DNA of 61,442 nt, the filler included. It is 9 parts of 9 records of this genome, joined end to end, with 100 filler letters (N's around TTAATTAATTAA, not from the genome) between each part and the next. Parts side by side here need not be neighbours in the genome. Positions count along the whole stretch, not along the records: positions 11,449 to 19,013 come from SRR31147125_55803; positions 19,114 to 24,702 come from SRR31147125_55811; 7 more parts are not named here. One strand, 5' to 3'. A program made the translations under genes and the position numbers. Shown in pieces: positions 11,449 through 22,330 of this stretch (within the stretch, counting starts at the first letter, position 1; each line of letters starts with the position of its first letter). The notes beneath the pieces were generated by a model that worked only from the letters and a program-made list of their open reading frames with translations, was not told where the DNA came from and made no database searches.

Positions 11449-12398
11449 TTTTTTGGTATACTGGTGCAGTTTATTATACTTTCTTTCATAGTCTGTTTTT
11501 AGTGCTCGTTTCGTTAATTATACGGTTGTTTATTAGCAAAAAGTCAAATTTAATGCTTGTCAATACAATAATTTCAGTGTTGTTGGCATTTATTATTTCG
11601 GGTGGAAACTATGCTACGGCCTTGGTATGTGGCGAACTTTTACTATTAGCTTTATTGTATGCAGTATATAGTAAAAATAAAATTGCAATAGTTGCACTTA
11701 TAACTATGGTTGTGGTGTTTTCGATAGGCATGTATATCAGTATTTCTGCACCAGGAAACGCTGTTAGGCAAGTTGCTGCTGAAAATGCGCAATATGTGCA
11801 AAGCGGACCAATAAAAGCGATTGGTATATCTTTTGTTTTTGGTGCATATTTTGCGCTAGAATGGTTTGATTTAGCATGTGTTGGTTTGCTTTTTGTTGCG
11901 ATACTTTTATTTGGTCCAAAATTAGCACAAACAAAATGGAAATTTAGATATCCTGTGCTTGTAATTGCAGTTTCGGTTTGTATATTTGCATCGCAATTTA
12001 CACCTCCAGCATACGCAGCAACCAGCCCTGGTCCGGTTAGATTACGCAATGTCGCATATTTCGTATTTTTATTACTCGTGCTATTTGACGCATTGTATAT
12101 AACGGGTTGGATCATTAGAAAAAGAGATAGTGATGTGCTAAGAGAAGGTGATGCAGGGGTTCACCGTTTTAAGACTGCTAAAATAATCCTGCATCGTCCA
12201 TTTGCTATAATACTTATCGTTTCTATTTTTCTTGGGGCGGCATTTGTTCAGCATGGTATAGACAAAATGCCTTGCGTTGTTTCTGTGTCAGAAATGCGCG
12301 ACGGAACAGCAGAGGAGCAGGCAAAAAAAAGACTTAGCATATTAAATGAAGATGAGGTAATCTATCCATGTGCAAAAAGATCTGAAATTTTGTCTTAA
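11449..12398 (+). CDS. Polytopic membrane protein, DUF6056/GtrII-like (5' truncated)
   Basis: Frame open from the contig edge (FWYTGAVYY); many TM segments; SAPGNAVR motif. Confidence 0.55.
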
Positions 12399-12446
12399 GG
12401 CGTGAAGTATATTTTAAATCTTTTATAAAATGGTCAAAAAAATGAG

Positions 12447-13505
12447 TTACTTTACTGGCTCCCAAGGAATCGAAAATTCCTCCTTTGATGTATCATCATA
12501 ATAATTATAGTCATTTAAGTATGGTGAATATGAGGTCACATTAACCTTGTATTCATCTGCGTCAAATGATAAGAATGTTATATAACCGCCGCCGCCGTCT
12601 TGTGCATCTTGATAATCAACAAGTAATTGATAAACAGTACGATCATTTGTACCATCTCCATCATCATCATATTCAGCAAAAAAGTGATCGATCCCATGAG
12701 AATGTCCACAAAGCACCATTTTAACATTACTGTTCTGCTGCACAAGTATTTGAAGTTTTTTTCCATCATGATTACTGTATTCACCGTCATAATTCATATA
12801 CTCATGAAAACATAGGATTGCTGTTCTGTCACTATGCTCTTTTAATACAGAATCTAACCATTCGTAATCAGAATCCAATATATGATATCCAAGAGCAGTA
12901 ATAATAACCTTTTCCCCATTTATATCCAATAAATCATATCTGCCAACACCGTTTTTGTGTGATCCGCCAAAAGTGTCTAGGGTTGAGTAATACTTCTTGC
13001 CAAAGTGCGTTTTAAACAAGTTATAATAGTGATTGCTTGTTACATCATGATTTCCAGCTACAAAAAGTGTTGGAATTTCATTGATAAAATTACCAAATGA
13101 ATTTTTTGCAGTCACCCATTGTCTTTTGGAATCGTAATTGTCGACAATATCGCCAGTATGTATTACATATTGTATGTCCAATTTCTTATAATTATCTGCA
13201 ATATATTCGGTCATTGAATAAAGTATATTTTCGCGATTATAATTATGATAACCTTGGGTGTCGCTAAACCATGCAATAACATAAGGATCCGAAGCTTGCT
13301 TTACGTTCTCTTTTTCTTTGTTTAAATTAGAATCAGTATTAGACGATGTATCATCAACGGTGGAAATTTCTGATTCTTCAACATTTTTGCGTTGTTCCTC
13401 GCTAGCTTTTAATTTGGCTTTAGGCATATTGACTAGTATTAATGCAAGAAATACTATAGTTAACGCTATTATACTAATAATAGCGATTAAGACTTTTTTG
13501 TTCAT
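12447..13505 (-). CDS. Membrane-anchored calcineurin-like metallophosphoesterase
   Basis: DTQ, HTGDIVD, AGNHD, FHEY and LCGHSH motifs; N-terminal TM anchor. Confidence 0.88.
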   Translation of the reverse strand: MNKKVLIAIISIIALTIVFLALILVNMPKAKLKASEEQRKNVEESEISTVDDTSSNTDSNLNKEKENVKQASDPYVIAWFSDTQGYHNYNRENILYSMTEYIADNYKKLDIQYVIHTGDIVDNYDSKRQWVTAKNSFGNFINEIPTLFVAGNHDVTSNHYYNLFKTHFGKKYYSTLDTFGGSHKNGVGRYDLLDINGEKVIITALGYHILDSDYEWLDSVLKEHSDRTAILCFHEYMNYDGEYSNHDGKKLQILVQQNSNVKMVLCGHSHGIDHFFAEYDDDGDGTNDRTVYQLLVDYQDAQDGGGGYITFLSFDADEYKVNVTSYSPYLNDYNYYDDTSKEEFSIPWEPVK

Positions 13506-13782
13506 GTAGTCTCCTTATTATATATGCATTCAAATTTATTATAATTTTATTGAGTTCTATATATTTTTAATACGTGTAATTTTTGCGTAAGCAATAAATT
13601 AGGCTTTCATTATAGAGTATTTAGTAAAAAAAATCAAAGCATTCAAGACATTTAGCATACTTTACTAATTTATAAAATCACTAAAATTTAAGTATTGATG
13701 GTTTGAAAATAGAATGGATACAGTAATAGCTGTTAAGTTTGTATATAGAATTTTAATAGTTAAGTTTGGGGCAAGATATAGA

Positions 13783-14349
13783 TTAAAAAGTTTTTAGCCC
13801 AAAATCTTTAAGATATTCACCTTTTAATAAAAACAAAACCAAATCAGAAAGCTCTTCATTTGTTTTTTGAATATTGTTATTAAACAGATAAACAATTACC
13901 TCTATAGTAGCACCAGTAACGAAAGCTGCAGAATAATTTAGGATATCGTCTTCTACTTTATCTGCACAGATTAATGAAGTAAGACGGTATATTTGTTGCT
14001 GCATTTTATTTCTTAAAATCCATATCAAATTGTTATCAACTAGCAATCCAATCATATCTGGGTCGTTTTTATAAAGACTAAATCCTAGATGCAACATGCT
14101 ATTGACTGAAACATCCTCCATAGATTCCATTTCAGATAAAAGCTTATCAAAAAATTCTTCTATATACAATTCGATAATCTCATCTTTCGAATCAAACAGA
14201 GTATAAAATGTTTGCCTTGAAAGATCTGCACGAGCGCATAGTTCTTTTATAGTAATGCTTTTATATGGTTTTATTCTGCAAAGCTGAATAAGTGATTCTT
14301 CCAGCCATTTTTGTGATTGTAATGCGGTTGGGTTTTTTCCTGTATACAT
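13783..14349 (-). CDS. TetR/AcrR family transcriptional regulator
   Basis: ITIKELCARADLSRQTFYTLFDSK HTH; divergent from the efflux operon. Confidence 0.9.
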   Translation of the reverse strand: MYTGKNPTALQSQKWLEESLIQLCRIKPYKSITIKELCARADLSRQTFYTLFDSKDEIIELYIEEFFDKLLSEMESMEDVSVNSMLHLGFSLYKNDPDMIGLLVDNNLIWILRNKMQQQIYRLTSLICADKVEDDILNYSAAFVTGATIEVIVYLFNNNIQKTNEELSDLVLFLLKGEYLKDFGLKTF

Positions 14350-14387
14350 GACACTTTTCCTTTTATGTAAGACTTAGGTCTAAAATA

Positions 14388-14442
14388 TTGACACGTGTAA
14401 TAGTTATAACTATAATATACATGAAAGTATTACATGTGTCAA
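14388..14442. promoter_or_regulatory. Overlapping divergent sigma70/A promoters within a 15-bp inverted repeat
   Basis: + strand TTGACA(14388)-17 bp-TATAAT(14411); - strand TTGACA(14442)-17 bp-TATATT; arms TTGACACGTGTAATA and TATTACATGTGTCAA differ at one position. Confidence 0.8.
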
Positions 14443-14484
14443 GTTTATGAAGCTGTTATGGCTTAAAAATAGGAGGTAAATATT

Positions 14485-15561
14485 ATGAACAAAAAAATAA
14501 TTGGAATACTTATAGTGCTGGTTTTAATTGTAGCTTTGATAGCATTAAAGTCAGCAGACATTAAAAAGAATACTGAACAAGCAGTAAAGTCGGACATAAG
14601 CGATACAAAAATACCAGTTGAGACTATTGTAGCATCTCAGCAGAAAACAGACGTTTATATTGAATATGTAGGCGTTGTAAAACCTATGCCTATGCAGGAG
14701 ATTTCTTTTGATAGCATTGAAGAGATTAAGGATGTTTATGTTAAATCGGGTATGTTGGTTAAACAAGGTGACCCAATCATACAAATTGAAGTTTCTAATG
14801 CTGATGAAGATATGATTGATGATTTATTTGATCAATTGGATAAGAAAGAAGAAGCATACGATGAAAAAGAAGAAGCAAAGGATGACTTTGAAGATGCCGA
14901 TGAGGATGACGATGACTATGACGATTTAAAAGACGATTATGAGTATTTGGTTGATGTGTATGAAGTTGAAAAGAATGAATATGAAGAAATAAGACAGGAA
15001 TGCTTAGAGTATTTTGTGTTTTGTCCTATGGATGGTTATGTAGCAGACATAAACACAAAAAAAGGTGCATCTGTCTATCCGCACCAAACGATTGCAAAAC
15101 TAGGATTTGAGGAAAACGGCGTTGTTATTGAGATGTCTGCAGATGCTGTTGATACAATTGAAGTGGGTCAAACAATTATGATTGATGTAGACAATATACA
15201 GATTGAGGGAGAGATATTTAATATTGTTGATTTACCGAACCTAGAAACTAATACGTATCAAATCAGTATTTCGTACGATACCGAAAAGTATGATTTGGAA
15301 GTTGGTCAAATGGTTTCGGTTAAATTGCGTAGTGAAACCGTTGCAGGAATAAAAATACCTATTAATATTATCTTAAGTGACGGAGGTGATTATGTATTTG
15401 TTGCGAAAGACGGTATTGCAGTTAAAAAGTATATTGAAGTAGAATCCGTAATAAATGATAGTGCTTTAGTAAGTGGAATTGAACTGCAAGATGAAGTTGT
15501 GTCAAAAGGTATGAAGAATATACAATCTGGCTCAAGGCTGGATGTTATGGATGAAGAATAA
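14485..15561 (+). CDS. RND efflux periplasmic adaptor (MFP)
   Basis: N-terminal TM helix, lipoyl half-motifs VKSGMLVKQGDPI and PMDGYV, C-terminal VFVAKDG..VSKG; upstream of the RND permease. Confidence 0.85.
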   Translation: MNKKIIGILIVLVLIVALIALKSADIKKNTEQAVKSDISDTKIPVETIVASQQKTDVYIEYVGVVKPMPMQEISFDSIEEIKDVYVKSGMLVKQGDPIIQIEVSNADEDMIDDLFDQLDKKEEAYDEKEEAKDDFEDADEDDDDYDDLKDDYEYLVDVYEVEKNEYEEIRQECLEYFVFCPMDGYVADINTKKGASVYPHQTIAKLGFEENGVVIEMSADAVDTIEVGQTIMIDVDNIQIEGEIFNIVDLPNLETNTYQISISYDTEKYDLEVGQMVSVKLRSETVAGIKIPINIILSDGGDYVFVAKDGIAVKKYIEVESVINDSALVSGIELQDEVVSKGMKNIQSGSRLDVMDEE

Positions 15562-15573
15562 GTAGGTGATAGA

Positions 15574-18500
15574 ATGAAAAAACTTATTAATTGGATTATA
15601 TATGAAAGAAAAATAATATTGTTCATATGCGCCATTATTATGATAGCAGGTGTGCTAGCATATTATTTTATACCAAAAGAAGAGAACCCAGATACTACAT
15701 TTCCTGTGGCGATGATAAAAACCATATACCCAGGTGCATCCGCTGAGGTTGTTGAAGAAAATGTGACTAAAGAGATTGAAGATGCCATCTGCGATATGGA
15801 GGACTTAAATAAGCTGACTTCGCATTCTATGGATTCTTCTTCGGTTATGATTGCAGAATTTGATATCAGTTGTGATTGGCAGAGTGTAAAAAATGATCTA
15901 AGTACACGCGTAGGTCAGGTGCAAGATGAATTGCCAAGCGAATGTGAAACAAGTGATGTGGAGACAGACATTGTAGATACAGCGGAGTTTATAATTGCTT
16001 TATCTAGCGATAGTTTCGATGATAAGACGCTGGTTTTTTATGCACAAGATATAAAGGAATCACTTGAAAAGATTGAGGGTGTAACTAAAATTGAAATTGA
16101 AGGCGAAAAGGATAAGGAAGTAAGTATATCTATTGATCCTCAAAAACTTGATTTTTACGATTTATCAAGTGAACAGATAATTGACTTAGTAGCGGCACAA
16201 AATGTCAATATACCAAGTGGTAGTATAGCGTATCAATCAGATGAAATTAGCGTCTCGGTTGGTAGTGAGTTTGAAGACTTAAAAGATGTAGAAGATGTTA
16301 TTGTTGCTTCTAATAATGATGGAATGGGACTAATAAGGCTAAGAGATATTGCCGATATAGAAATACGAGATGCTGGCGGATATTCTTTTAAGCAAGACGG
16401 ACAATCAGCAGTATTGATCAGCGGATACTTTGATTCGGGCAAAAATTCAGTACTGATTGGGCAACAGGTTAGAAGCGAGATTGATAATCTTAAGATCACT
16501 ACGCCTGACGCTATATCGTTTCACGAAGTTGTTTTTTCGCCTGAAGATGTAAGTAAGTCGATAAACGGATTTATGATTTCGTTAATCGAGAGTATTATGC
16601 TAATTATTGTAGTGGTGATGCTTGGTGTAAGGTTTAAAAACGGATTGATTATATCGGTTGCATTACCGTTTTCGATACTGTTTGGATTTATTGCTATGTA
16701 TCTGCTTAAAATAGAGTTTCAGTTTATTTCTATTGCGGCATTGATTATATCCTTGGGTATTTTGGTGGATAATGCTGTTGTGGTAAGTGATTGTATCCAG
16801 CAAAACATTGATGAAGGTATGGGAAAAAAAGCAGCCATTAGAGCAGGGGTCAAACAAACTTCGGTTCCAATTTTAACATCTTCATTGACAACGATTGTAA
16901 CATTTGGAACCATATACTTTTTTGGAGGGTCGGCAGGTGCTGTTGCAAGTACTATTCCTACAGTCGTTATCGCTGCACTGAGTGCAAGCTATATAGCTGC
17001 AATGATCATTATTCCTGCACTGGCCTATATGTTTTTTACGCCAATGCCAAAAGCAAAAAGCGAAGAAAAAAGCTGGCTTAAGAATGTATTCTTAAGTATG
17101 CTTGATGTTGGGTTAAAACATAGAGTAGCTACCATTGTTTTAGCTGTTGCAACATTAGGGGTAGCAGTGTTGTTGTTTATGCAGTTAGGGCTTTCGTTTT
17201 TTCCGTACTCAGATAAACCTGTTTTGTATATTGATGTTAAAAGCGAAAATATGGATATTGAATACACAGAAGCAATTACCGAAGATGTCCACGAGATTTT
17301 GGAGAATCACCCTGCTGTAAGTAACTATACAACAGGAATTGGAAGAGCACTTCCACGCTTTTTTATGACAATACCGTACAATCACGATGCGGATAATTAT
17401 GCGCAAATTATGGTCCAGTTAGATTTGAGCAAGGACGAAAACTATCCTGATAACGATTCCGTTACAATCAGCCTTAAGCAACAATTGGATGAAGCAATTG
17501 TTGGTGCGGAATGTCATGTGAAAAATTTGGAATACGCGTATCCATCGGAAGCTAAGATGGAAATTTTCCTTATGGGTGAAGATTTGGATTTGTTAGCGCA
17601 AACATCCAAGCAGGTACAGTCTGCACTTGAAGAGATTGAGGGAACATATAATATAAGAGATAATCATGTTGATAATACAAAAAAATATGTTGTGAATATT
17701 GATGAAAATAAAACCACAGGTTATTTTAAATATGACATAGCAAAACAAATTAACACAGCGCTTATGGGGTATACAGCTTCGGTTTATCGCGCTGAAGGTG
17801 ATGATATGGATATTGTCGTTGAAGTAGATATAAACTCTTTAGATGATTTAAAGCAGTTACCAATAACTTCTTTATTGACAGGAAAACAAGTACCTTTAGG
17901 TGATATAGCAGAAATTTCTCTTGACGATATTACATCTACTATAAGTCACTATGATAAACAGCGATACATTATGGTGATGTCCGACGTAAAACAAGGGTAT
18001 ACATCATTTGATATCAAGGATGAGTTTGAAGAAAAATACAAAGCAAGTATTATTCCTGAAGACATAGAAGTAGTGTATAAAGGTGAAATAGGCAGTATGG
18101 ATGAGTTTATGGGTGATGCCAGAATCATTACGGCTTGCGCTTTGATGCTTATATACATTATTTTGTTGCTTCAGTTTAAATGCTTTAAGCGTGCCTTAGT
18201 TATTGTTCTTACAATACCACTTTCGCTAATAGGATGTTTTTTGGGGCTATACATCTTTGGCATGGATATGCAGGCAATGGCGATTCTTGGAATCATCGCA
18301 TTGTTTGGTATTGTGGTAAATAATGGTATAATCTTGATTGAGAGCATAGATAGTATGGTCAAGGATGGTTATGAGACTATAGAGGCATGTAAACGTGCAG
18401 TTTCTGTAAGATATAGACCAATAATTATAAGTGCAACAACAACATGTGTAGGCTTAATACCACTTATCTTTTCGGGAGACCCAATGTCCGCACCTATGGC

Positions 18501-18591
18501 AATGGTATTGTTTTTTGGGTTGACATTTTCTACTCTGTTAACGATGATTGTAGTTCCTACAATGTATGTTATGGCTACAAGTAAAGAGTAA
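15574..18591 (+). CDS. RND efflux permease (AcrB/SwrC-like)
   Basis: 1005 aa; YPGASAEVVE, GILVDNAVVV, GIVVNNGIIL, RYRPII, FSTLLT. Confidence 0.93.
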   Translation: MKKLINWIIYERKIILFICAIIMIAGVLAYYFIPKEENPDTTFPVAMIKTIYPGASAEVVEENVTKEIEDAICDMEDLNKLTSHSMDSSSVMIAEFDISCDWQSVKNDLSTRVGQVQDELPSECETSDVETDIVDTAEFIIALSSDSFDDKTLVFYAQDIKESLEKIEGVTKIEIEGEKDKEVSISIDPQKLDFYDLSSEQIIDLVAAQNVNIPSGSIAYQSDEISVSVGSEFEDLKDVEDVIVASNNDGMGLIRLRDIADIEIRDAGGYSFKQDGQSAVLISGYFDSGKNSVLIGQQVRSEIDNLKITTPDAISFHEVVFSPEDVSKSINGFMISLIESIMLIIVVVMLGVRFKNGLIISVALPFSILFGFIAMYLLKIEFQFISIAALIISLGILVDNAVVVSDCIQQNIDEGMGKKAAIRAGVKQTSVPILTSSLTTIVTFGTIYFFGGSAGAVASTIPTVVIAALSASYIAAMIIIPALAYMFFTPMPKAKSEEKSWLKNVFLSMLDVGLKHRVATIVLAVATLGVAVLLFMQLGLSFFPYSDKPVLYIDVKSENMDIEYTEAITEDVHEILENHPAVSNYTTGIGRALPRFFMTIPYNHDADNYAQIMVQLDLSKDENYPDNDSVTISLKQQLDEAIVGAECHVKNLEYAYPSEAKMEIFLMGEDLDLLAQTSKQVQSALEEIEGTYNIRDNHVDNTKKYVVNIDENKTTGYFKYDIAKQINTALMGYTASVYRAEGDDMDIVVEVDINSLDDLKQLPITSLLTGKQVPLGDIAEISLDDITSTISHYDKQRYIMVMSDVKQGYTSFDIKDEFEEKYKASIIPEDIEVVYKGEIGSMDEFMGDARIITACALMLIYIILLLQFKCFKRALVIVLTIPLSLIGCFLGLYIFGMDMQAMAILGIIALFGIVVNNGIILIESIDSMVKDGYETIEACKRAVSVRYRPIIISATTTCVGLIPLIFSGDPMSAPMAMVLFFGLTFSTLLTMIVVPTMYVMATSKE

Positions 18592-18637
18592 TAGTTGAAT
18601 AAAAAACCATTTATCTATACGTTGTTTCGGCAAAAAG

Positions 18638-18669
18638 TAAATGCGATCACAATTTTGTGGTCGCATTTA
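18638..18669. terminator. Hairpin between convergent genes
   Basis: TAAATGCGATCACA-attt-TGTGGTCGCATTTA. Confidence 0.6.
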
Positions 18670-19013
18670 TTATTGCTCTGCATTTATCTCATTTTGTATT
18701 AGGCTTTTGATGGATTGATATTTTTCTGAGTCTATAAAAAACATCAATGCAGAATTTCTGCATTTGCAAAATATCGCCATCAATATCTATAGTAATGCCC
18801 ATTTTGCATCTTGGGTTACACGCACTTTTATCAATCAACCTAGGGCAGTCTTTGGCTTTTAAAATCTCATCTACCATACTGCTTGGGATACTTTTAAATA
18901 AATCCATATATTTAACGGTGTTATCGCCATATATTCTTATATATGTTCCTTTTTTTCTTGTGCCATAATTCAAAAGGGATCTTTTCGAACCTTTTTTAAT
19001 ATAGGATACAAAG
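18670..19013 (-). CDS. Cys-containing hypothetical protein, 5' truncated, frameshift near 18770
   Basis: CPRL..CNPRCKMG..IDG continues as CKCRNSALMFF...AEQ* in another frame. Confidence 0.45.
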
Positions 19014-19113
19014 NNNNNNNNNNNNNNNNNNNNNNNNNNNNNNNNNNNNNNNNNNNNTTAATTAATTAANNNNNNNNNNNNNNNNNNNNNNNNNNNNNNN
19101 NNNNNNNNNNNNN
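19014..19113. other. Artificial contig linker
   Basis: N44-TTAATTAATTAA-N44. Confidence 0.98.
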
Positions 19114-20419
19114 CAATCATTTGGTATTCCTGTTTTTAGGCGGCTTTATGATTGCCGTTGCAATGGAAAGATGGAATTTGCATCGTAGAATAGCTCTCAA
19201 CATTCTAAATCTGGTTGGTTTCAAACCAAAACGAATGTTAATGGGAATCATGCTCGCAACAGCAGGATTGTCGATGTGGATTTCAAATACTTCCACTACA
19301 ATGATGATGTTTCCGATAGTTACTGCCATAGTAATACAAATTGCCAAAAACACCGAGAATCGAGAAGAAATCGAAAAAACTCTGGGACAAGCGATGATGC
19401 TTGGATTGGCTCATGCTGCCAGTATTGGAGGAGTAGCAACCTTGATCGGTACTCCTCCGAACATCGTTTTTAGCGGATTTATGCAAAAGATGTACCCGGC
19501 AGCACCAGAGATTACATTTTTTCAATGGATGACTTTCGGTCTGCCTTTTGCCATAATAATGATTCCTATAACATGGTACGTCATTCTTCGTATTGGCGGA
19601 AAAGAACTTTCCGAGCTGTCAATCTCGGACGATGGAAAGTCCTTTGTAAAACAGGAACTATTAGATATGGGAAAACTAACAAAACCTGAACTTAGGGTTT
19701 TGATAGTATTTTTGCTTGCCGTTTTGTCACTTGTATTTCGTGCCCCAATACAACTTGGTTCTTTTACAATACCGGGTTGGTCGGAATTCCTGATAGCTCC
19801 AAAATTTGTTCTTGATTCAACCGTACTTATGGCAATGGGAATTTTATTGTTTATTGTGCCTTCTGGTCAAAAGAATAGCAAACTGATCGATGCCCCAAGC
19901 GATATGTATTTAAACGGCTGGAAAGATTTCGAGTCTCGCGCACCATGGGGAATTCTGCTGTTATTTGGAGGTGGATTCGCCCTTGCCAAAGGTTTTGTTG
20001 TAACAGGATTAGCTACACATATTGGTGATAGTCTTAATATTTTGTCCGAAGTTCCGGTGTTGCTTTTGGTTTTGATGGTGTGCTTACTCATGACATTTTT
20101 AACGGAAGTAACATCAAACACTGCCACTACAACCACCATGATGCCGATAGTCGGTGCGGTAGCAGTTGGCATGGGGATAAACCCGATGATTTTAATGATA
20201 CCGGCAGCAGTAAGCGCATCTTGTGCATTTATGCTTCCGGTTGCCACTCCACCAAACGCAATAGTTTTCGGTAGCAAGTGGGTAACGATCCCACACATGT
20301 GTAAAACAGGAATAGCCTTGAATCTTTTGGGAGCTTTGGTTATAACGCTTTTACTTTGGTTGCTCGGAGGATCTGTATTCGATATCCAGTTCACCGGATT
20401 ACCTGAATGGGTGAAATGA
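19114..20419 (+). CDS. DASS/SLC13 sodium:dicarboxylate (or sulfate) symporter, 5' truncated
   Basis: LFLGGF, LHRRIAL, SMWISNT, IGTPPN, TEVTSNTAT, AFMLPVATPPNAIVF. Confidence 0.92.
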
Positions 20420-20470
20420 GATAATCTTCTACCATGTTGAAATTTCTGATACCTGCTTGGAAGGAAAAAA

Positions 20471-21939
20471 ATGACCAATAGATTCGTAACTCTTATATGC
20501 TGTTTGTTTGTGTTTAGCTTGGTTTGCTCCTGTGAAAATGACTCGGATTCGGTAACAGATGGAGATAATGACACACAAGATACTGATACGGAAACATCAG
20601 AAGATGTTGACAAATCTGATATCGAATCAGAAAAACAAGAAGTAGAAGCAGACAAGGAAACTTTTCCTCCGGAAAAACAAACACCTCTTTTCAAAAAAGG
20701 TTTAATTCTCCTCTCAATTCTCTTGAATGCAAACCGGTTGATGCAGATCCTACCAAAAACTGTAACCATCATGGATCGACAATAGCGGAACTTGCCGATG
20801 GTCGAATTGCCGTAGTCTGGTATCACGGACTTGCAGAAAAATCTCCTGATTCTCGAATAGTATGGTCAACCTACGATCCTGCAAGTGAAAGTTGGTCACC
20901 TGTCGAAGTCATTTATGATGATCCTGATCTTTCCGATGGCAATGTCGCTATCTGGGTCGATGAAACCGGAGTTATATATTTATTTTTCTCCACCATCATG
21001 ATTGGCTCGTGGGACGATGCCAATATCCGCATGATAAAATCCGAAGATGGTGGTAAAAACTGGACAGATCATGTAACTCTTCGTGACGAATATTGCTGGA
21101 ATGCCCGCCATCGACCAATAAAAATGACGAATGGAGAAATCCTTTTGCCTCTTTATCAGGAATGTCAGGCTTTGCCGGTCTTCATACGTTCCTCGGATAA
21201 TTTTAAAACATGGTCGGAAGATACTTATGATGTCGGTGATTATTTTGTAGATCACATGGGACAGATTCAACCGGCACTTATTCGACTCTCCGACGATAGA
21301 ATATCCTGCATTACTCGTGATGGCACACATGCTCATCGCATACAGCGAATGATAAGTGATGATTTCGGAAAAACATGGAGTGTCAGCGAAGCTCTGGGTC
21401 TTCCCAATTCCGGTACTTCCGTGGATCATGTTCGGCTGCTTAATGGTCATGTCGTGGTAGTTTTCAATAATCATCCAGACAATCGTTTTCCGTTAAGTGT
21501 GGCATTAAGCACAGATGGTGGATTGACATACACTGCAATACGTGACTTAAACGCCGAATGCCCTGAAGGCAATTGTTCATATCACTATCCTTCGATTATG
21601 CAGAACGAACAAGACGGAACAATCTGGGTCAGCTACACCCACAAACGCGAATCTATCGGCTGGGTACAATTTAACGAAGCCTGGCTTATGCAGGGAACAG
21701 AAAAAGCTCAAATTCGTTGTATGCCGCACTTTACCTGTAAAGACGAATTCTGTTTTCCAAAATGCGAAAAAGTCGATGATTGCACTAAAGACGAAAGTTG
21801 CCAAAATGGAGCTTGTCGAAAAAGCTGCAACGAGGCCAAGGATTGTGGCGAAGACATGGATTGCAAAGATAAACTTTGCATTCCAAAGTTCGATCCGAAA
21901 AGAGTTGACGTTCTTTGCTTGCCCGACAAAGAAGAATAA
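20471..21939 (+). CDS. BNR-repeat (sialidase-like) lipoprotein with Cys-rich C-terminus (frameshift near 20695)
   Basis: Signal peptide ending LVCSC; the -1 frame gives HHGSTIAELADGRIAVVWY; Asp boxes SEDGGKNW, SSDNFKTW, SDDFGKTW, STDGGLTY; YHYPS. Confidence 0.8.
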
Positions 21940-22330
21940 GGTTTAAGAAAGTTTAAGAAACACGCCATCCAGAAAAGCACGGAAATTTACTGGTAAACCT
22001 TGGTATTTCTTTAGCCTTTCTTAGTCATTTTTTAGTCTATACTTGAGCACAAAGTGGTTACTCATCGGGTACTTTCCTGACACTTTATGTGGAAATTTTA
22101 AAGATTTTAATAATTTTAGAAGCACAAAACAAGCAGTTTTTCTCCTGATTTATTCCCAGTTTTCTATTTTATATTGAAGTGTTTTATAGTAGTCTGGCTT
22201 TCATCAAATCTTTTCGGTATAATATGCTCGAAAAGAAAAAGGATAAGTTTAAAGCGGTGGAACTGAAAAGTTAAAGCTTTTAACATATTGAATTTATTAT
22301 TGTTTATCGTCTGACAGAGATTTGCCGGCC

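Noticed and set aside
20688-20702. AAAAAAG as a programmed -1 frameshift site in the BNR gene
   Set aside because: The codon phase is C-AAA-AAA-G, not the canonical A-AAA-AAG, and similar one-base losses occur throughout the window.
19867-20826. 319-aa minus-strand ORF
   Set aside because: Antisense to the DASS and BNR genes, with no recognisable motifs.
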